The position numbers and the translations under genes were made by a program. Below are positions 26,796 through 40,026 of a DNA stretch of 64,000 nucleotides, piece by piece. Source of the stretch: Daphnia carinata (taxonomy: Eukaryota); NCBI RefSeq assembly GCF_022539665.2, contig NC_081331.1, forward strand, positions 6,138,001-6,202,000, given 5' to 3'. Under the pieces are notes generated by a model. That model saw nothing but the letters and a program-made list of their open reading frames with translations, was not told the DNA's origin and made no database searches. Numbering within the stretch: position 1 is the stretch's first letter; every line of letters starts with the position of its first letter.

Positions 26796-28399
26796 GGCGG
26801 CAAAATGAGCGCCCCAGAAAAATACTGTTCGACAGAGTGTGAGATTTTTTATGGGTGTGGTAGTGACGGTAATTTACCTACACAATTAATGTTTTTTTCT
26901 GAAAGTTCACGAGGTCACTTTCGCGTTTACAGAGTCACATGACAATAATTTGATTAATGCTAAAGTACTTGATTGAAGCATACTAACTGCTTAGTTTGGA
27001 GCCTTGCATTGACACAAGCTAGCCAGCAAAGAATGTTTCTATCTCCACGTGCCATATGGAGCTTGTGCCTTTAAAATGTCTTGTTTGATTTCCAGTTCTC
27101 GACGGCTGAGAGGACTTATTCTATTATTTTGTTTCTTTCCATTTCAGAGAAACCCATGTGAACACCATTCTGGATGCCACCGTCAGCTGTCGTACTTCGA
27201 ATGCAAAGTACATAAACAAGAAAATGAATTTCATTTTTTATTATTATTTTTTTTTTATGTGTTTGACTGAGCTTGACACTATTGGCTGCAAGATGGAAAA
27301 ACGTGTATGAAGGGCGACTTTCGCAGAAGACCGAGTTGTGACATCCACGCGTTGCCCCATTGAAATGAGAAACATCAACATAAAATGTAAAACAGAAAAA
27401 GTGTGATCCAATTAATTTTCCACTTTTTTTTATTTCGCGAAAAAGGGAGCGTGAACAAACTTTCGGTCTAGAAACTTTGACAACACAGCCTTACCTGCCA
27501 ACGACCTACCGTGGAGGCTTGCCTAACCAGTAACCACTCATTTACGTTGGTTTGCACATACAGCACAACTGCCACGCGCGCTACTTGCACTAAATTCATA
27601 ATCTATTTATGGAAATGTGCAAAGCTGCGATCGATAAAAAAGCCGTGAGAAACTTTTGAGAAGTGTAATGACTTTGAAAGACAAATTTTAGCTTTATTCT
27701 ATTACATTTAAGTATCAATGCAGCAGACAAATTTTAATTTTGATGACCCAACTGAAACGACCAGCATGTAATGGGAAGATTCCAGAATAAGGTGCTGTAC
27801 AAGATATGTAAAGGGGGACTTGATTTTTTTTTGTGGGAAAACTGTAAAGCGAGAATTTTATCTAATTTCACGAATCACGTATTCCATGGAATTCGAACGG
27901 TACAACTGCCCGCTGTATGTGTCATTATCTTTCCTTGTCTGGTAGATAAAACCAACGCCATCTTTTCGTAAGAACAATAAGAAGGATTTCTGAATATAGT
28001 GGGAATGCAAACGTCAAAAATGAACTGCGAGGCAGATAACCCTAATTATTTCATAGACTACATCACTCCTTCCAAATTGGATTGCACGTACCGTAAATAT
28101 GAAAAATCCCCAGATATGTCACACGTGCCTGTATTCTTGTCTGCCATTGGCTTCGTAAGCCCGTTACTATGGTTACGTTCCATATTCTAGGGACAATTCA
28201 GGGGCACATTTTATCCCTGCAGGCTGTCCACTAGTCTAGATCACGTTGCTTTTGCGATTTCCTTCTTTCATTAGGTTTCGAGCAATCGACGTCAGTGTCC
28301 GACGAGTCGGGTGCTTCACTTTGGAATCGTCCACGCCGTAGCTACGAAGTCCAGTAAAGTTATTCTCTTATCACGTTGTTGTAGGTATTTCCAAGTAAA

Positions 28400-29949
28400 A
28401 TGTCAGGCAATAAACGCTGGATCCCACTTGAGTCGAACCCCGAGGTAGTAACTTAAATACAATTAACATATATTGAGCCACTAATTCAACCCTTTCTTAT
28501 CTCTTCTTCATACTAGGTGATGAACAAGGTACATACATATTTCACTGTAGAAGACACCTTAATGCATAAGTTATTTAAATTTATGTTTGGAAACGTAGTT
28601 TCTCACAACTGTTGGGGTATCAAGCACGTGGAAAATCAATGATGTTTATGGCTTGGACTCTGAATTGTTGGCCACCGTTCCTCAACCTGTTTTGGCTGTT
28701 CTCTTGCTGTTTCCCATCAACGAGAAGGTTAGCACAAAATTGGGTTGTGAAAGATGGCTATACTAAAATTTAATATTCTAGTTTGAAAGCTATTTCAAGA
28801 AGCAAGAGGAGGAGAAGAAATCTGAAGCTATTTCTCCCAGTCTCTACTTTATGAAACAGACAGTTGGCAATGCGTGTGGCACTATCGCTTTGATCCATGC
28901 TGTGGCCAACAACTTGGACAAGTACACATTATATAGTTGTAGTTAAACTATGTCAGTTATGGAAATTTAACTGAATTATACTTGTAGAATTGATCTGACT
29001 CCTGGACATTTGAAGAATTTTTTGGACGCCACTAAAGATCTCTCTCCGGAAGCTAGGGCAGAAAAGCTGGAGGCCGACGAGGGTCTTTCTTCTGCCCACG
29101 AAGAAAGCGCGCAAGGAGGCCAAACTGAAGCCCCGAGCCGTGACGAGAATGTTAACTTACATTTTATTACGTTGATCCACCATTCTGGAGGACTATACGA
29201 ATTAGGTTAGTTTGCGGTCATTACCGAAATTGACAAGTTGGTCTAAATATCTTGTTTTTAAAACTCCTGGTTTGTGCATCGAAACTTTCTTCCTCGACGG
29301 TAGATGGCCGCAAGTCTCGTCCGATGCCGCACGGCAATACCACACCAGAAACGTTTCTTGAGGTAAGGGAAATTTCTTTTTTTTCCTTTTTCAAGTACAT
29401 CATACGATATCCCACGCCAAAATCATTAAAAATTCATCAGTTCAGCTGCACATAGCTTTTGATGCGCCAAACACTCCTTTTTTTTCTGGAAGTGCGTCCG
29501 TCGTTGCGTGCATGTCTTTTTCATGTCGCCTCTAGCGCTTTAAGGGTCTCACTTTGTCCACATGTTGTAAGAGATTTTTGTGGCTTCCGGTTTTGGCCAT
29601 GCTTAAAATCTTGTTTGTTCTCTTGTGGGGAAATAACGAGACGTCAATAATTCCTTTCGGTGTAGTCAATTGCTTTTACCGTAGAAGCGACAGAAATCTC
29701 AGTCAACATCGGGTAGCTGTTGAATCAACAGGCGTCGTCGCTTCCCATCTCTACTGTTTATTTTCCAGTCATTTTCCATTATTTACCTAATGCTTTCTCC
29801 CTCGTGTCTCATCTTCTTTTTCTCCGACATTTTCATGTGATGCTATTTTCTGTATACTGCAGGACGCAGCCAAAGTATGCCGCGAACTGATGGCCGTCGA
29901 TCCCGAAGAAGTTCATTTCACGCTGGTTGCCTTAACCGGCGCCCAATAG
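28400..29949 (+). CDS. UCHL3: Ubiquitin C-terminal hydrolase (UCH-L3/L1 family, peptidase C12); 7 exons: 28400-28444, 28517-28528, 28599-28727, 28782-28921, 28988-29205, 29304-29362, 29863-29949
   Basis: [20 protein letters not shown]...DVYGLD...AVLLLFP...[22 protein letters not shown]...LHFITL...LYELDGRK...FTLVAL; catalytic Gln, Cys, His and Asp motifs are present and all junctions are in frame. Confidence 0.95.
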
Positions 29950-32595
29950 GCATTTGAGCATCACGCTTTATTGGGGTGAAGGAAAGAAATGTTACTATAT
30001 TCCTCGAAAATTCTATTTCTTCGTGTTCAAGCTTCCCCCCCCCTCAACTCAAACATGTAAGTTAAAGCTTGTTCATTTCAGAACAGTCAAAATTCATTTG
30101 CATGTTTAACCTAATAAAAATTTATCTGTTCAATAATTCACATGTTTTGTGTGAAAATGACTCGTTTATGAGTAACACCATTTGGAGGTACCCCTTTTCT
30201 GTTATTGTTATACGAGTGATGGGGAATGAAGAAATTTCTTTTCATCTTCGGTCGGTATTAAATTCCGAACAAGTTCAACCCGTTGGGCTTTTCTATTTAT
30301 CCTCTTCTTAAATTTCAGCGTGAGAGGGAAAAGGGGGACACGAGATTTCCCTATTCGTAAACCAATGTTGTCTGTTTTATGGTTATTATCCGATTTCCGG
30401 TTTTTTTTTTCTCTAACGCGCTTATCCGATTAACCTTTTATAGAGATCTCAATTATTTTGCATACATCCATCAGCACCTGTGTTATTGTGCCTCGTCGCT
30501 CCTTAAAAAAAAAAAAGAAAAAAAAGTGGGCACTGTAGACAAGCCACGTCTCTTTCTTCTTTTGATTCCCGAAGAAAGAAGGAGACGAGATGTTTCGGCC
30601 AAGTTTCCCGGCTCGCTGTGGGTGGATTGGGTGAGCTCTCGCGCACTTCTTTAACATTCTTTTCCCTTTTTTTTTTTTTTTCTTCTTTTTAGTTTTTTTT
30701 TTTTTTTGACTGATTACGACGTACTGTTGATCCCGTAGAATTGCTGGGCGGTCGGAAAATTAAAGATCCACGGGAAGTTGGAAGAAATGTATCGAGAAAA
30801 AGAAAACAAGTAGGAAAATTGAATGAAATAGAATTTTGCGTGTCTCGTGCGCGCTCATTAAATGGCCTTAACCGACGGAGAAAAAAGCAAAAAAAGAAAG
30901 GACCCATGTCGAGAATTATTAGCCCAACAGTTTGGGGAGACATTATTCACTAGGCTATATGTGGGCCAAAGAGACGGGTCAATGAATAATAAATGGTAAT
31001 AATAATCGGTAGAAAACAAGGAGAGGATTTGTTACGAGTGAGAGAAAGAAGAAATTGTGCATTGCCTAGCAACTGACTTGTGCAGCTTCTGCCGGCTATG
31101 TGTGTGTGTGTGTGTGTGTAAAATAAAGGCTTGATTGATAATCCGACGGACCGCCGACGGATCATTTGCAAGTCTAAAATCACGCGTGCGCGTTTCAAAG
31201 TCATCACGCGGTATGTAACAAATAGTTGGTGGGTAGTCGTTGTCTGATCGACACCGAACGTTACACACGAACGAGTAAGATAACAATGAATCGCTAATGC
31301 AGCGAGCAAATGTTTCGATAATATGGAGAGATTTTTTCTTTTTTTTTTTTTTTTTTAACTCGATATTATTAAAAAGCTCTAAATAGCGGATGTGTGATTA
31401 ATCATTTTTTTTTCTCCGTTCTACGGAACAACGAGAAGTTGGGATGGAAAGAAGAGAAGGAACGTAATCGCTCGCAGTTGTCCCTCACTCTGGCACTCTC
31501 TCATAGTGTGACGCGAACAATCGCCGATAACCACCGGCATATAATAGTCGATGGTATAACTCTTGTCGTTTATGGATGGTTGGCCATTTATTTCGTTCCC
31601 TGTAAACGCACAGCCAATGTATCTGCGTGAGTGTCGTTTTCTCTTCTCTCTCTCTCTCTCTCTCTCTCTTTCTTCGTTAGTAGTGTATCGGTAGAATTCG
31701 ATGAATTATTCATCAACACATCCGGCACGATAGCGCCAAATACGAAAAACAAAAAATAAAATCTTTTTTGAAAAAGGTAAAAAAAAAAGGATAAGAATAC
31801 ATCAATAAAAATCAGATTCGGCTAAAAATTTTTTGAGAAAAACAAAATCCTTTTTTTTTTTTCTATTCTCCAAAAAGGTAAAAAAAATCAAAATAGACGT
31901 GATGTGATACACAGAAATACGAACAGGTTTATGTACTCTCAGCTGTTACGTCGAAAGGATTACATTTATTATTGCCTTTATAGTAATACACCTGGGGGAT
32001 GTTCTTTTGTTTCCATTCGTTTCTTTTTAACACCCTTATTTCTTTTTCTCCATTTTTTTTTTTTTCGCGGATTAAAAGAAATCATTTGCATAAGGCTTTT
32101 CACGATTCACGCACTGCCGTTACTTTGCGCTCTAGCCACCCAGCCAGCCAGCGTGGCGTGAGCGGGAATGTTTTTTTTTTTTTCTTTCCTTCTTCTATCT
32201 TTCCATTCTGTTCTTTTTCATCTTCTTCACATGCTAAAAGAGGAGGAGGGTCATACGTGGATGATCTCATCATGCAAACTCGGCGGTTGTGTGCTTGCTT
32301 CATCGTGATTGGATGAATGGTATATATTTTTTTTGTTTACAAGGAAAAAACATATCTAAAAATAAATTTCTTTAAAAGAAAAAAAAAAAAGGGATTTCAT
32401 TCGTTTTGGGTGGTTGTTGGCAAGGTTCCATTGAAAGCCGGCGGGAGGTGGATATTAGAGGTGACCGGAAATCGTAGGTGGATAGCTGCACAGCACAGCA
32501 TCCAGCAGCAACTCATGAATGGGAAAACGAGTTGGTGGGCGGCTGGGTTCGCGGCGGGAGTTTCGAAAATTTAAAGCGCCCCGGTCCTTGGTAGG

Positions 32596-32627
<32 letters not shown>

Positions 32628-35574
32628 ATTCTTTCCAAAACGAAGCGACTCCCTTCTGCACATTTTGGCTCGTTTCCCCTTCATTCTACCTCTCCATCTG
32701 TCCACCTTTTTCCAGTCCCGTAGATGGAGCTTGATGCCAAGCAAAACGAAAGACATGACGCCGCGGGACGTCCTATAACCCCCCCCCCTCCCCCCCAAAA
32801 AAAAAGATATTCTTCTCCACCTGAACTGCCGACAACAACAACAAGCCAAATAAACAAAAAGGGACTCGGGAGAAATATACTAACATTTTCAATGGATCGT
32901 ATATGCACACGATTGATGAAGAGGGAGTCTTCGCTGTTTCGTCTTACGCCATCATTTGTCTTTTTCTCGGAAGGAGATACGTACGCCATTGCGCAACGGG
33001 CCAATGGTGTCAACTGTTTTAACCCGTTCCATAGCAACAAGAGCTTCTTATATATTTGCCTATTGCATCGCATGTAAAAATGGCTGGCCAGTGGCGATAT
33101 GTTCGTCTACAACGTGTCCGGTTTCGGGGAACAACGCGTTCCAATTCTGTCGATTTCCGAGAAGCGATTTCAACGCGATAAAAACAACGGCGAATGGACC
33201 ATCGTCTTTGATCAGTTTTTGAAAATAGTAGCTCATGGACCGTTTGCCCCGTCTCTTGTCTGTACGGTTCAGTATCTTATCTGTGTCTGTCGGGAGTCTG
33301 AACGAAGGAATAAATTCTTCTTCATCTTTTGGTTTCGAGTTTCACAATTGTGAGAAGCCGCGCCGCAGTGTTTAAAAAAGAAAAAGATGTTGGTGTGATT
33401 GGAAATGTCCGTGTTTTTTGCCTTTGCACACCTGGACGCTCATTTTTCATCTTCCTTTCGTTTGTTTTTGTTGTTTTTTTTGGCCAAAAGGAATGAATGG
33501 GAGAGACGGGCTCTTTTAGTGCGCTGGTACGTTATGGACGACAACAAAACAGCGAAAATAATGTTTTGCATCTTCCCTCGGCTATTTCTACCGGTGCGTG
33601 AGATAATTTGCCTGCGGCTAGGCACGCGAGAGCAGTTTCTCTCATTCGTTGTTTTTTTTTTTTTCTATTCTTTTTTATCTTCCTTTCTTCTTCTTATTCT
33701 TCTTATCGCCCATTTTTTTTTTTCTCCCCTTCCGTTTCGGCATCTCTCTGATTTGTCAATCGGACGAGCGCACCAGACTCGCAGGTGCGTGGCACATTTG
33801 GTTAGCCCTCAGGTGGTTGTTTGGGGTTGTGTATCACTTGTCCGTGTGCAAATTGTCAAAGGTTTAAACCTGTCCATGCAAGCCGACCTCTGTTCCAATA
33901 AATGATCACCTTTTAAGTTTTTTTTTTTTTTTTTTTTCATTCGTTAAAACTGATTTTTTAATTGCGTTTTACGATCAATTTGAATATTCGCATGTCGACT
34001 GACTTATTAAACATAACCTGCGTAACACACAAATAACTTTGGCCGATTTGGTGTCGGATGATTTTGATTCACTTCTTTTTATGATTGAAAAAAAAATATG
34101 GTATATTGTAAACGATGAATGAATGGAGAAGAGACACACACACACACACACACACACAAAGAACTTCTTTTTCTCCGAGTCTTTGCCTACTTTTTTTTTT
34201 TTTTTTTTTTTTTCATTCCCTCCTTCTTCCGATGCCCAGGGGGGTCTTGATGAAATCACGCCTAAATTTGGCGATGCAAATGAGATGACGGCAAAGCTAG
34301 TTGTGTGTATAGAAGTTCATACTCGTCTACATTTTTAGTATGGAAGGCCCTAGGCGTCTCTGAAGCGGATTGAATGAATGGGCGATATAAGGAATGCCAC
34401 ACACAGCAACACATCAGACAGGTATTTATTTTTATTTTTATTTCCTTTTTTTTTTTTTTTTCCTTCTAATCTTCTTTTTAAAAAGAAAAATCTCTTTTCA
34501 ACAACAACAACAAAAAAGAAAAACAAAACAAAAGGTAACAAAAAAAAAAAAAAAAAAAGGAAATAAATATATATTACATGTTGTACGTTCTTTTTATGAT
34601 TAGGCATTTCGCCATGCAAGTCGGTTCGGTGTTGGGTTTGCGTGTTCGGGAAAAATCTTTCTATACACTTGCCGCATGTTTATACTGACGTCTATCCTTG
34701 AAAAAAAAAAAAAAAAAAAAAACGAACAAAAAAAAAAAAAAAAAATAGAAAGATAAGCGATAAGAAAGAGAGAGGCAGAAGCAAATAGACTTGGTTTAAC
34801 ACAAGCAAAATATAAAAGATGGTGGCGCATTTTTTTTTTTTTTTTTTTTTTTTTTGGTTCCTATTTTTATGAATGAGAAAATCAGCAGCAGAAAAATATG
34901 ATCCGCACGCGCTCACGTTAAATTTTTTTTTTTTTTTTTTTTTTGTGTCTTGAGCGAATTTCATTTTTCCCGTTCAACCGAATGAAACCTGGCACTGAAA
35001 TATTTTTTTGCGAAAGAAAAACAAAGAGAAAATCAATTTTCAACGGTTTTGTTTTTTTGTTTTTTTTCCAACGAGTTGGCACAAGGTGCGGGCGGGATTT
35101 TAACCTTGGATCTTTGCATATGATGATAAAGAAATGAATGGCTAAAAAAAAAAAAGAAATAAAAAAGACTGAAAATACAACGAAACATACCTGATCAAGG
35201 ACAGATATCTTTTAAACAATTTGCTTTTAAAATTCAAAAACAAAATGATTAAGAACTTGAAAAAAAAAAAAAAATTTTTATTGGTGAGGTGCTCATGCAA
35301 AATCGGCCTGCTTTTTATGTGTTTGCCTATGATTTGATTCATAGGCCGCTAGTCGATTTTTGAGTAGACAATAGAACTTCATCTTCTTCTCCCATCAACT
35401 CGTTTGTCTCGGCTGGGGTTATTCCAAGCGATCAGACGCACGGCCAGACACGTATGGGACTTTTTTCTTTTTCGTTCGCCTCTCTCCCATTCACGTTGTT
35501 ATTGTTGCCCAGTTGATGCTGCTGCCGATGCTGCGTGACTTGAACTTTTAACCTTGGAGCCACTCTCTTCTTCC

Positions 35575-35606
<32 letters not shown>

Positions 35607-38600
35607 CTTCTTTGACTTCTGTTTTCTTGTTTCATGTGTGCGCACCGTAGCGCAGTCCCGCACCCGATGCAAATGACCGGCATGGTATAACCATCAAGCA
35701 GCTTCTTCGTCTCTTTTTGGGACACGACTACTTCCTGCTATCAACTGATTCTTCGTATTTTAAAAGAAAAAAAAAAAAAAAAGAAAAAGCTTTTTTCTTT
35801 TTCTTGTGTGTGTGTGTGTGTGTGTGGTAAATACAACCACCACCCCCGCACACGCATATATTTATTACGCAGTACGTACAACAAAATAGCCAAAAGCAAA
35901 AGAAACGTTTTCAAGCACTTCCGGAGATGAGTTTTTCACGAGCTGTGTCCTCTCTCTCTCCCTTTCGCCCATCTCTACACGGACCTCTTTTTGAGACCTT
36001 TTTCTTCTTCCTGTACGCATATATTTAACAAGTATTTAGCATTCAAAAAAAAAAAAAAGAAAATCGAAGCCGGAAATCCGTTTAGAAAAAAAAAAAAAAT
36101 CAACAACAAAAAAAAAATGTTTCTTTTAATAATTAGATTTTTCCTTATTTGTATGGAACTGTGTTCATCTGCAGAGCCAACGAAATAAATCATTCTGCAA
36201 TTAAAAAAAAAAAAACTATTTTTGGGAAATGGCCGACAATTACTCCGCAATGCAAATGATCATCCGGAAAGAAAAAAAAGATAAGCTTTCAACCCCAAAA
36301 TAAAAAAAAAAAAAAAAAAAACACTAAACAATAAATTTTATCTGATTTTTGTTTTGTTTTTGCATACTGCTCTTTAATGAGCAGATGCTCATCTTAATAT
36401 TATGGATGTACACGACTGGCGACCCTGACGCGTCGTTTGTTATTTACGCGCATCCTTTTTCTTTTTTAATATTTAAAGCGCATTTATACATCTGCACAGC
36501 ATCACGGCGCCCGCGCTCTTTCAAGGAGACGCGGATGCGTCGCCCAATTAATTTGATTTTTTCCTCCCCTCTTTCACGATCACAACACGTTGCAGCGACG
36601 TCGGGACGTACGGATGTGAACGTTAAAATGGTTGTAGACACGGAGCCCCCCCCTGCCCCTTCTTTCCATTCGAGAGAAGACGAGAGGTTTCCCTGTTGCG
36701 CAACATTTCTTTTTGGCTATCTACGACGATGACCGAATTCATTAGCATAATCGGGCCCTTTTTCATTTTATTCCGTACGTTATTTCCACGTTTTTTTTTT
36801 TTTATTATTTATTCTAACCGCCTCCGTCCCAATATGCCAATAGGCCATCGAGAAAGGCAAAGAAAAAAAAAAAAAAAAGAATATGCGAGAAAGCCATGAA
36901 GAGATATGCGCTTTCATAGTGTCCACCATGGATGGATGCATAATATCCCGCTGTTTAAAATTATCGATGCCGAATTTTCAATCACGCATATTCCTGCGCA
37001 ATATTCGTTTTTCCTTCTCTTTCGCTATTTTCCTGTCTCGTGTGTCTGTGTGTGTGCACCGTATGGCTTTCGGACCCATGCAGCCCTCTTCCAACTTGAC
37101 AGGCTCTTGTGAATAATTAGACGCGTGCAGCTATATACACACACACACACTCAAAACGAAGACGAAGGCGTATAATATCTACAATGGAAAACGACAAAAT
37201 AGGAAGGAAGAACTGTTAAAAAAAAAAATGATAGGCTTAGAGTTTCAAAAATAAAATAAAGAGGCATTCTCTTTTCCTTCGCTTTTTAAGTTTTGTCATC
37301 GTTAACTCAGGCCCCAACGAAAATAAATAAAAAATGATGAAAAGGATCTTTTTTTTCCACGCGATTTTCCTATCGGCCACTCGGAACGCACGGCCTTTCG
37401 ATCGCTCGTGATTCACGCGTGTTTTTTTCTCAGAAGCCCCTTTTCGGATGAGATGAAGATGTAATGATGAACAACGACAAGAAGGGAAGAGACAACAATG
37501 GAGGGAGGCGAAGGAGGAGCACAAGAACGCACAAGGGCGCTTTACATCAACGGCATTCCTCAATTTTTTCTTTTTTTTTTCTTTTTTTCCGAAAGAATAA
37601 ATAATAAGAGAAACACATTCACGCATAGAACATAGAGGAAAGATATGCCCATTTTCGTGTGCACAGTGATGCGGCCATTTTCAGGGGGGGGGGAGAAAAA
37701 CACAGCTCTTCTCTCGTGTCATTCTCTTCTCTTACATCCCCGAAATGATTTTGACTTTACTGTTTGTGTTGGTAGCTTTAGACTCACATTACAGCCAGAG
37801 ATTCCACGTATTTCTACAGCTCATGCCATTGGGAATAAAGGATCTTATTTATTTTTTTTTATTGTTATTGTCGTATATTTTTTTTTTTTTATTATTATTT
37901 TTGCGATTACACTTTTGCTGGTTTTGTTTGTTTTGTTTTTTTTTTCCGATTTCGCCGATCCGCGCCACATTCAAAAAATTGCCATCTATCGATGCGAGTA
38001 ATGAAATTAACACGTTGCTGTTATTGAAAAGAAGAAACGTTTGAATTTTATTTTTTAAAAATTTTATTTGAGGGGCAGAGGTGTGTATATGTATATATAT
38101 ACTTGCGTTTTGTTTTGTGAGTGGGAGTAGTATATACTAGCATAATAGGGGAAAAACTTGGGACAGGAGACGCCTGGAGATAAACATTGCGCATCGGAGT
38201 TTCCAACCCCCCCCCCCAAAAAAATGGGGAAAAAAAATTATTGTGCGTGAGCGCGGATATTCAAATAGAAAAAAAAAAAACAAAGAACAAAGTCACTTTC
38301 AAAGGCGAGAGGATAACACAATACTAATTGGCACATGTTTCACTATATATTGATGGCACTTTGATATTTTTGTTTTTGTTTTTGTTTTTTTCGAGCGCCT
38401 TCAGAGTCAGAATTTTTAGGTCACATTTCCCTTTTCCGTTTGATGGAATAAACGCATCAATTCAAAAATAAAAAAAGGGACAGACAGACAATCAAAAGAA
38501 AAATAATAATACAACCACAAGTTGGAGGCATTGTGAGAAAAAGAGAGAGAGAGAGAGAGAGAAACATATTCGTATGAGAAAATCATTAAAAGAGAGAGAG

Positions 38601-40026
38601 AAGTAAAAAAAAACAAAACAAAATAGCCATACGTGGATGGTAGTGATCATCGTAAGAGCCTCAGACAAGACCAGGGTCGTTTCTTTTCGTGCGTGATGTC
38701 ACCAGTGCTCAACCGACAACAATAGTTTTAAAGAGACTCGGCAAATACAAAAAAAAAAAAAAAATCTTTGAAAATAATATATAAATAAAAAAAAAAAAAT
38801 AGCCTTGGCGTGCGTGCGCGTTTAACAAAAGATAATCGCATTTTCTTTCATTTTTTTTTTTTTTTAATAGAAAAAAAAAATATTCGTTTTGTCGCATCTT
38901 CATGCGTTATGCATTTTTTTTTTTTTTTTTTTTGTGAGTCGTGGTGTCTGTGAAGCTCCGAAAAAGAAGAAATAAAACATTTTTGGATAGAGCAATTGGA
39001 GGTGGAAAGAAATTCGGTTGTATAGGCATTTAAAAAAAAAATAAAATAATAATAATAATAAAGGGTCCAAGGAAAAATCACCCAGTTTCTTTTTTTGAGC
39101 CAATAGCAAAAAGGCACGACGTAACAAATGATGACGTTATTATACGGTGATATAAGAATACACGATTTCCCCTCCCCCCCCCCCCCCCCCCCGTTTTTTT
39201 GCCATTTCGTGGTCGTTGTCTGTAGGAATACGAAATGTGTGTTCGATGGACACGTGTAACATAAGCAAGTCATTTGTAAGCACGAGAAGACACACAAGAG
39301 CCGAAAAACATCGAACTGGAATGGCGTGTCGAAAAGAGAGAGAGAGACATACATACAACATACGAAATAGAGAGAAAGACCATAATCGAACGTGATTATT
39401 ATTTGACACGCTAATAATGTCATCGCATCGTTTTTTTTTTGTGTTTTTTTTTTTTTTTGCGCACGGTATGTAACAATAATAATAATAATAGAAGAATTAT
39501 TTGAAGATCAAAAAGACGAGAGAAAGAAGAAAATTTTCAAATGAATTATTAAATGTGTCTGGCTAGCGCCGCGTTTTGGTTGAGTTGGTCTTTGTGCCAA
39601 AGCCGTATGGACGTTTCTCACGCCAGAATACAAAAAAAAGAAAAAAAGAAAATGACAATCATGAAAGGGACACAAGATACAAAACGAAAGAAAATGTGTT
39701 GGCGTTATTGCTAACAAAAAGATAAAAGGACGCGGAAAAAAAAAAAACGTAACGCACGAAAAATGATGAAAACAGTTCGAATTATTTATAATATACTAGA
39801 TTGCAGCATATAAGAAAAAAAAAAAAAAAAAAAGAGGAGGATGAAATGCAATTGTATTAGTCGAATTTCCTAGTGCCGCCCTGTTTTTTTTGGTTTCGGT
39901 TTGGCTCAGGTGGTGATAATTAAGACGATTGAAACATGTTTTTTTGCAATCGCAAAAATTCCACTCGATTCCGTGACGACCACGCGTATAGTAGATGTTT
40001 GATTTCTCTCTTCTTTTTCCTTGTTG

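Noticed and set aside
30300..39900. Many poly-K and poly-F ORFs
   Set aside because: Translations of A/T homopolymers and microsatellites
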